64,000 nt of DNA, taken from contig OZ287073.1 of assembly GCA_965645245.1 (NCBI GenBank), positions 1,674,001 to 1,738,000 on the forward strand, given 5' to 3'. Shown here one piece after another: positions 59,718-64,000 of the stretch. A program made the position numbers and the translations under genes. This DNA is from Massalongia carnosa (Eukaryota). Position 1 is the stretch's first letter. Every line of letters begins with the position of its first letter. The notes beneath the pieces were generated by a model. The model was not told the origin of the DNA and made no database searches. It saw nothing but the letters and a program-made list of their open reading frames with translations.

Positions 59718-60402
59718 TACGATGCAGCTCTATCTAATCCGGAACTGTGAAGTTATATCTCCCAGATGAAGATGCAAATGAACAGACCGAAAGAAGGTTG
59801 AGAAATGGGGATTATATCAAGGAGATTTTCCAGAGATACAACAGAAGGGAATTTGATGTAGTTACCGAGCACGAGGTCATAGGAAAAGAGTGGAATGAAA
59901 GAAAGGTGAAGGACTATTGAGGGGCGGCTAACTTAAAGTCTTTTCCAAGTTACAAGTTAAACCGAGGACAAAGTACGGAGGACAAGAGTATGACAGCGCA
60001 TGAGCCACACGAGCCACATAAGTTAAGCTAAAATTGGGAGGATCTTTAGCGCGGTACTTCTGGACTCTGTGCAAAGCTGACCTATCGCTTAACGGCGGGA
60101 CTAGGCCAGAATGTGGCAAATCCAATATGTGGTGAAACCATGACGCCATGACGACCGGAAGGAGTCTAGTGTATCCAGCGTTAACTCTGTACGCGCGGAG
60201 TATCTGTATCTACTTCTCTGTATCTGTACGGAGTAATAGTAAGTACTCAACAGGACCGTAACCATGGTATATCACGTGACAGTGTCTCTTGCTCCTCACT
60301 CCAAGGATACTGTACTCTCAAGTATAGAGTATAGCGTACTCCACCGACCCTCACTTTCCGTTGGCCCTCTTACGCATTGAGCCTAGGAGCCTAGAAGCAG
60401 TG

Positions 60403-60911
60403 ATGAGTTACGGGGGCCCCGGAGGAGGTCAGGTGTCATACAAACCATCCCCGCCTGAACGAGGGAGCTTTCCGCTAGAGTAAGTCATCGAAGATGTGTG
60501 CCTTGCCGCCATAACATCTAATACAATGACCTAGCCACGATGGTGAGTGCTTCGTTGCGCAACTCGACACGTGGAGGCGCTGATGGTCGGCTGGCGACGG
60601 CAGGCGAGTGCAAACCTATCATAGCGGATTACCTTCGCTGCTTGCGGAGAGTAAAAGGCACCAACGATCACGAATGCAGGATGATGGCTAAAGAATACCT
60701 CAAATGCCGCATGGATCAGTACGTTGAAGGCGTTTCCAACCCGGGTTTGAGGCAAAACTGAATCAATACTTTGTCCAGTAATCTGATGGCTCCAGATGAG
60801 TTGCGAAACTTAGGCTTTGCTGATGAAGACAAAAGTGTGGATCCAATACCTAATCATGCAGGTGGGGCAACGGCGCACAAAGTGAGGGATGATGGGAAGA
60901 AGATATCATAA
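60403..60911 (+). CDS. COX19: Cytochrome c oxidase assembly protein Cox19 (twin CX9C), 4 exons
   Basis: PSPPERGSFPLD|HD|GECKPIIADYLRCL...ECRMMAKEYLKCRMDH|NLMAPDELRNLGF. Confidence 0.95.
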
Positions 60912-61186
60912 GGGCGTTGGGATGAACGTATCGAATTCATCGAGAACGATGGACGAGAGGACCACCTGCTAAACAGACGCTGAGAGGAGGCACTTACTAT
61001 CATGATAATCTGAAGGGAATGTAAAGCAATAACTTACTAGTTATAGCAAACACGAGATCCCTCGAATTATTAGCCATGCAATCCAGCGGTTAATCATTGT
61101 GCTTGACCCTTCGCAAACATGACAACTATTTCATCCATGAATCAATCGTCGGTCTTAAAATCTCCCGTAGACAACTGTTTCTAAAC

Positions 61187-63390
61187 ATGAACTCGACCTC
61201 GCTGCCTCCAAATCCATGCCTAGTGGCCATCCTCCTAGTCGTCAATCACCACCACCAACCCCACCTCGTCTTCCATTACCCGCCGCGACCGGGTGAAGAC
61301 AACTCGCTCTTTAACAACTACCTCAAAAGTGATCTTTCTGATGGCGAAACGACTTCCAGCGATGACGATAGTCCCAGCTCATCGGATGGCTACTCAAGCC
61401 CCAAAGACGATGGATTAACGAACAACATGAGTAAGAATGTGCAAGAGGTGGATCTGGAAGAGGCAGGATCCGCATCGCCGGAAAAGATCAATGGGCTGGC
61501 CTCGATGCGAAGACAGCCCAGGTGGGATGATGTTCTAGGCTATGGAACCATCAATCTTGCAAAATTACTCTGCCCTGCGCCTAGTGCTCATAAGAGGAGG
61601 TTTGAGATGTGCCTCAATGACAAAGTCTTCCTGGGATGGCCAGTTTTCTCCAAAGATGGCCAATGGCAAAAGCGGAAGAAAGAGAAGAGACTCAGGAGCC
61701 AAGGTGGTGGCCCAGGGGAGAAAGCCTTACATGGAGGTGGAGGACAAGGGAACACAATAGGAAAGGCATCGCTTCGGGACGAAGCTGGAGACATGCCAGG
61801 TCAAGAGACCGATGGTGGCCAATACACAGCAGAAGGCATAAAGGCCGGAACCCCAAGGGAGCAATACGCCGCCAATGATCTACCTGATGGAGCACGAGGA
61901 GAGGCTTGCAAGCCAAAAACCACAACGAACGAGTACAGGTCCGAAGACACTTTGAAGATGTTCCATGTTGTATTTGCGCTTGATCCCCCGCCGCTCGAAT
62001 ACCACCTCCGTGTCAAAGAAATGTATGACAATGTCGTCAAAAAGTTCTCACGAGCGCTCAAATGGGAACAGGCACACTCAGGTTACGTGAGTAAGGAGGC
62101 ATCGACCATTTCGGGGGCGAGCAAAGGTTATCATAAACCGTTGGGTACGGATCTGCCCCTGATCCGATTGAAAAAGTCGGCTCACCATTTACAGGCTCTG
62201 ACCACCCTCTAGCCCCAATGTATCAGCAAATACTTTCACAGTCCAGGCTGGCAAAGGCAATCTCTACCCTCTTCAATTGTATATCAAGCTCCAAGATTGC
62301 TCATATCCGTTTGACACCCACTTTGTCTCTGTCGCTACAGATTCCAATACCAACATCGACCTCAATCCTTCCCAACCTCCTTTCTCCTCAGCTGCCTGGC
62401 CTTTGGCTGACAACCGCCAATCCTCTCCCCACCGACGACGATATTGATAGCAATGCCCCACAGCTCGCTTCCCATTTCACGCTTCTTCTGCTGTCAGATC
62501 TTTCCAGCATTCTCTTAGATGTAAACGACTCTGCTTCTCCTATAACCGGGCCGCTAGCCCATTATCTTCGTGTTCAAAAACCTACCAAATCCTTCGTCCA
62601 GATATCCCAATCATCCGGCATTCCCCTCCTTGATATCCAATTCTTAGCATCTCACCTTATTTACTGGCGCCGAGCCCGCGCCATCCCGCCTCTCCATCAG
62701 CGCGACACTTATATCGTCTCTCCTAATGCTGATATGCAGAAACTTGCGTCCGCTACCTCAGCATTTGCAAAAGCTTTCCCGAATCTGCCTTCTCTGCCAA
62801 AATTCCTCAATCTGCTATCTTTTACACCGCGCCCTTACTCGGCCCTTATCCCCAGCCAAAACCACAAGGAAGTCTACCTTGAAATCTTAGCATGGTTGCT
62901 TCGGAATGGCTGGGTGACGCAGCTCCGCACGTTTGTATGGATCAGGGTTCCCCCTCATATTAGAGAGACTGTGGCGAGTCAGCCTGACCTATGGCGGCAA
63001 CCTGATGAATCTAATGATTCCTTCAAGGAAGTCCCGGGCGCTCAGGCTGCAGTATCAACTCGTGTTTTTTCTTCCTCTCCCACGTTTTCAACCCATAGTT
63101 CCAGCGCTGATTTATCAATTCCACCTCATTTCAATACCCCTTCACTCGTTCCCGACCCTCAACATGCCTCCGCCATTCCTTCGGGCCATCTCGCTGCCAT
63201 CTCAGCCCATGTTCTCGAACGGCAGGGGAAGGAGATACAGGCGGCGTGGGATAAGTGCGTGAAATATTTTGATGGCAGGCATGCTGTTGAGATCATTGCG
63301 GTAAGAGAAAGCTGGAAAAGGAAAAGGGTAGGGGAATTGGTGGCTGGTTGGGAGGCGCTAGGTTTGTTAGTCAGGGGAAGACACTGGTAA
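61187..63390 (+). CDS. NPR3: Nitrogen permease regulator 3 (SEACIT/GATOR1 subunit), 2 exons
   Basis: LPPNPCLVAILLV...LVFHYPP, KRRFEM...VFLGWP, MFHVVF.LDPP..EY..RV..MY, ALKWEQA, LASHLIYWRRARAIPPLH.RDTYIVSP, LAWLLR.GWVTQLRTF. Confidence 0.93.
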
Positions 63391-63619
63391 TGGTAAAGAT
63401 GTGATGCAAACACCGATGATGCGAGAAGTTGAGGCGCATTTCGAAAGGTGCGGCCGGCGGCATTGTCGTTAACGGAGGCATATAGGTGAGCTATCAATTG
63501 CTGTTCCCTGTCAACATCCCAAAGTTCTTCTAAAATCAACGCCGTCCAATGGAAGTGTAATCATCCGCCCAGTCATTGATAACGCGGCACTCAAATAGAT
63601 TGAATGATTTTTTTTAGCC

Positions 63620-64000
63620 CGTTCAACGAGTATTGGTCTATGTTTGTCAATGCTTCTTTTATTTTTAACTCTAGTTCTTCCTCTTACAGTCTCTCCTCAT
63701 GGTTATTCCAATGTTTAAATTATAAGGCCATTTCAATCTTTTTATCACGCGCCTCTTCATCTGTTCTATCGTACATTCGCGCAATTCGTTCCAAAAAAAA
63801 GACAGTCATCCCCATTAAAAAGTTCACTCGAGAACTCGTCTGCAGCCGTTTCTGTGGGGAATTGAGTGTTATCTAGACTGGTTTTCTGAGCAGAACTTCC
63901 TTTAATATCGTAATCAAAGGCTTGTGAACCATGTTGATCTTGGATTAATTTCTCCCCTTCCTTTGCATCTTTCAAGCCTGCATTTCCATCTGCCAACTCG
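63620..64000 (-). pseudogene. Possible 3' end of a decayed or truncated gene extending beyond the window
   Basis: Acidic coding-like frame (DGNAGLKDAKEGEK...) with a frameshift at an A/T run and in-frame stops. Confidence 0.3.

Overview
Eukaryotic, intron-rich genomic DNA of a filamentous ascomycete (GT-AG introns with CTRAC branch sites; Pezizomycotina-type genes; a lichen-forming lineage is plausible but only inferred). Conserved housekeeping blocks (FAM192A/Fyv6-like, MON2, MMS2, LYR protein, SIR2/HST1, C2H2 factor; SVIP-like, PRP5, HMG-box protein; PAP2 phosphatase, COX19, NPR3) alternate with two accessory zones. The first (~17.6-31 kb) is a pseudogene-rich tract: 5'-truncated LINE with TSD, kinase, RBR ligase, 3'-5' exonuclease and terpene synthase relics. 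The second (41.5-57 kb) is a transposon cluster followed by accessory genes. The most notable object is a pristine Ty1/copia element (identical 236-bp LTRs, 5-bp TSD). It has a half-tRNA-type PBS, gag and pol separated by a single in-frame UGA followed by a stem-loop (candidate programmed readthrough), and a 1.6-kb leader with a tandem array of 71-72-bp hairpin units. A GC palindrome is shared by its leader and 3' UTR. Next to it lies a long-TIR Tc1/IS630-like element that carries a convergent second gene and is interrupted by an internally deleted MULE. All family assignments are from motif recognition by eye; no database searches were run.
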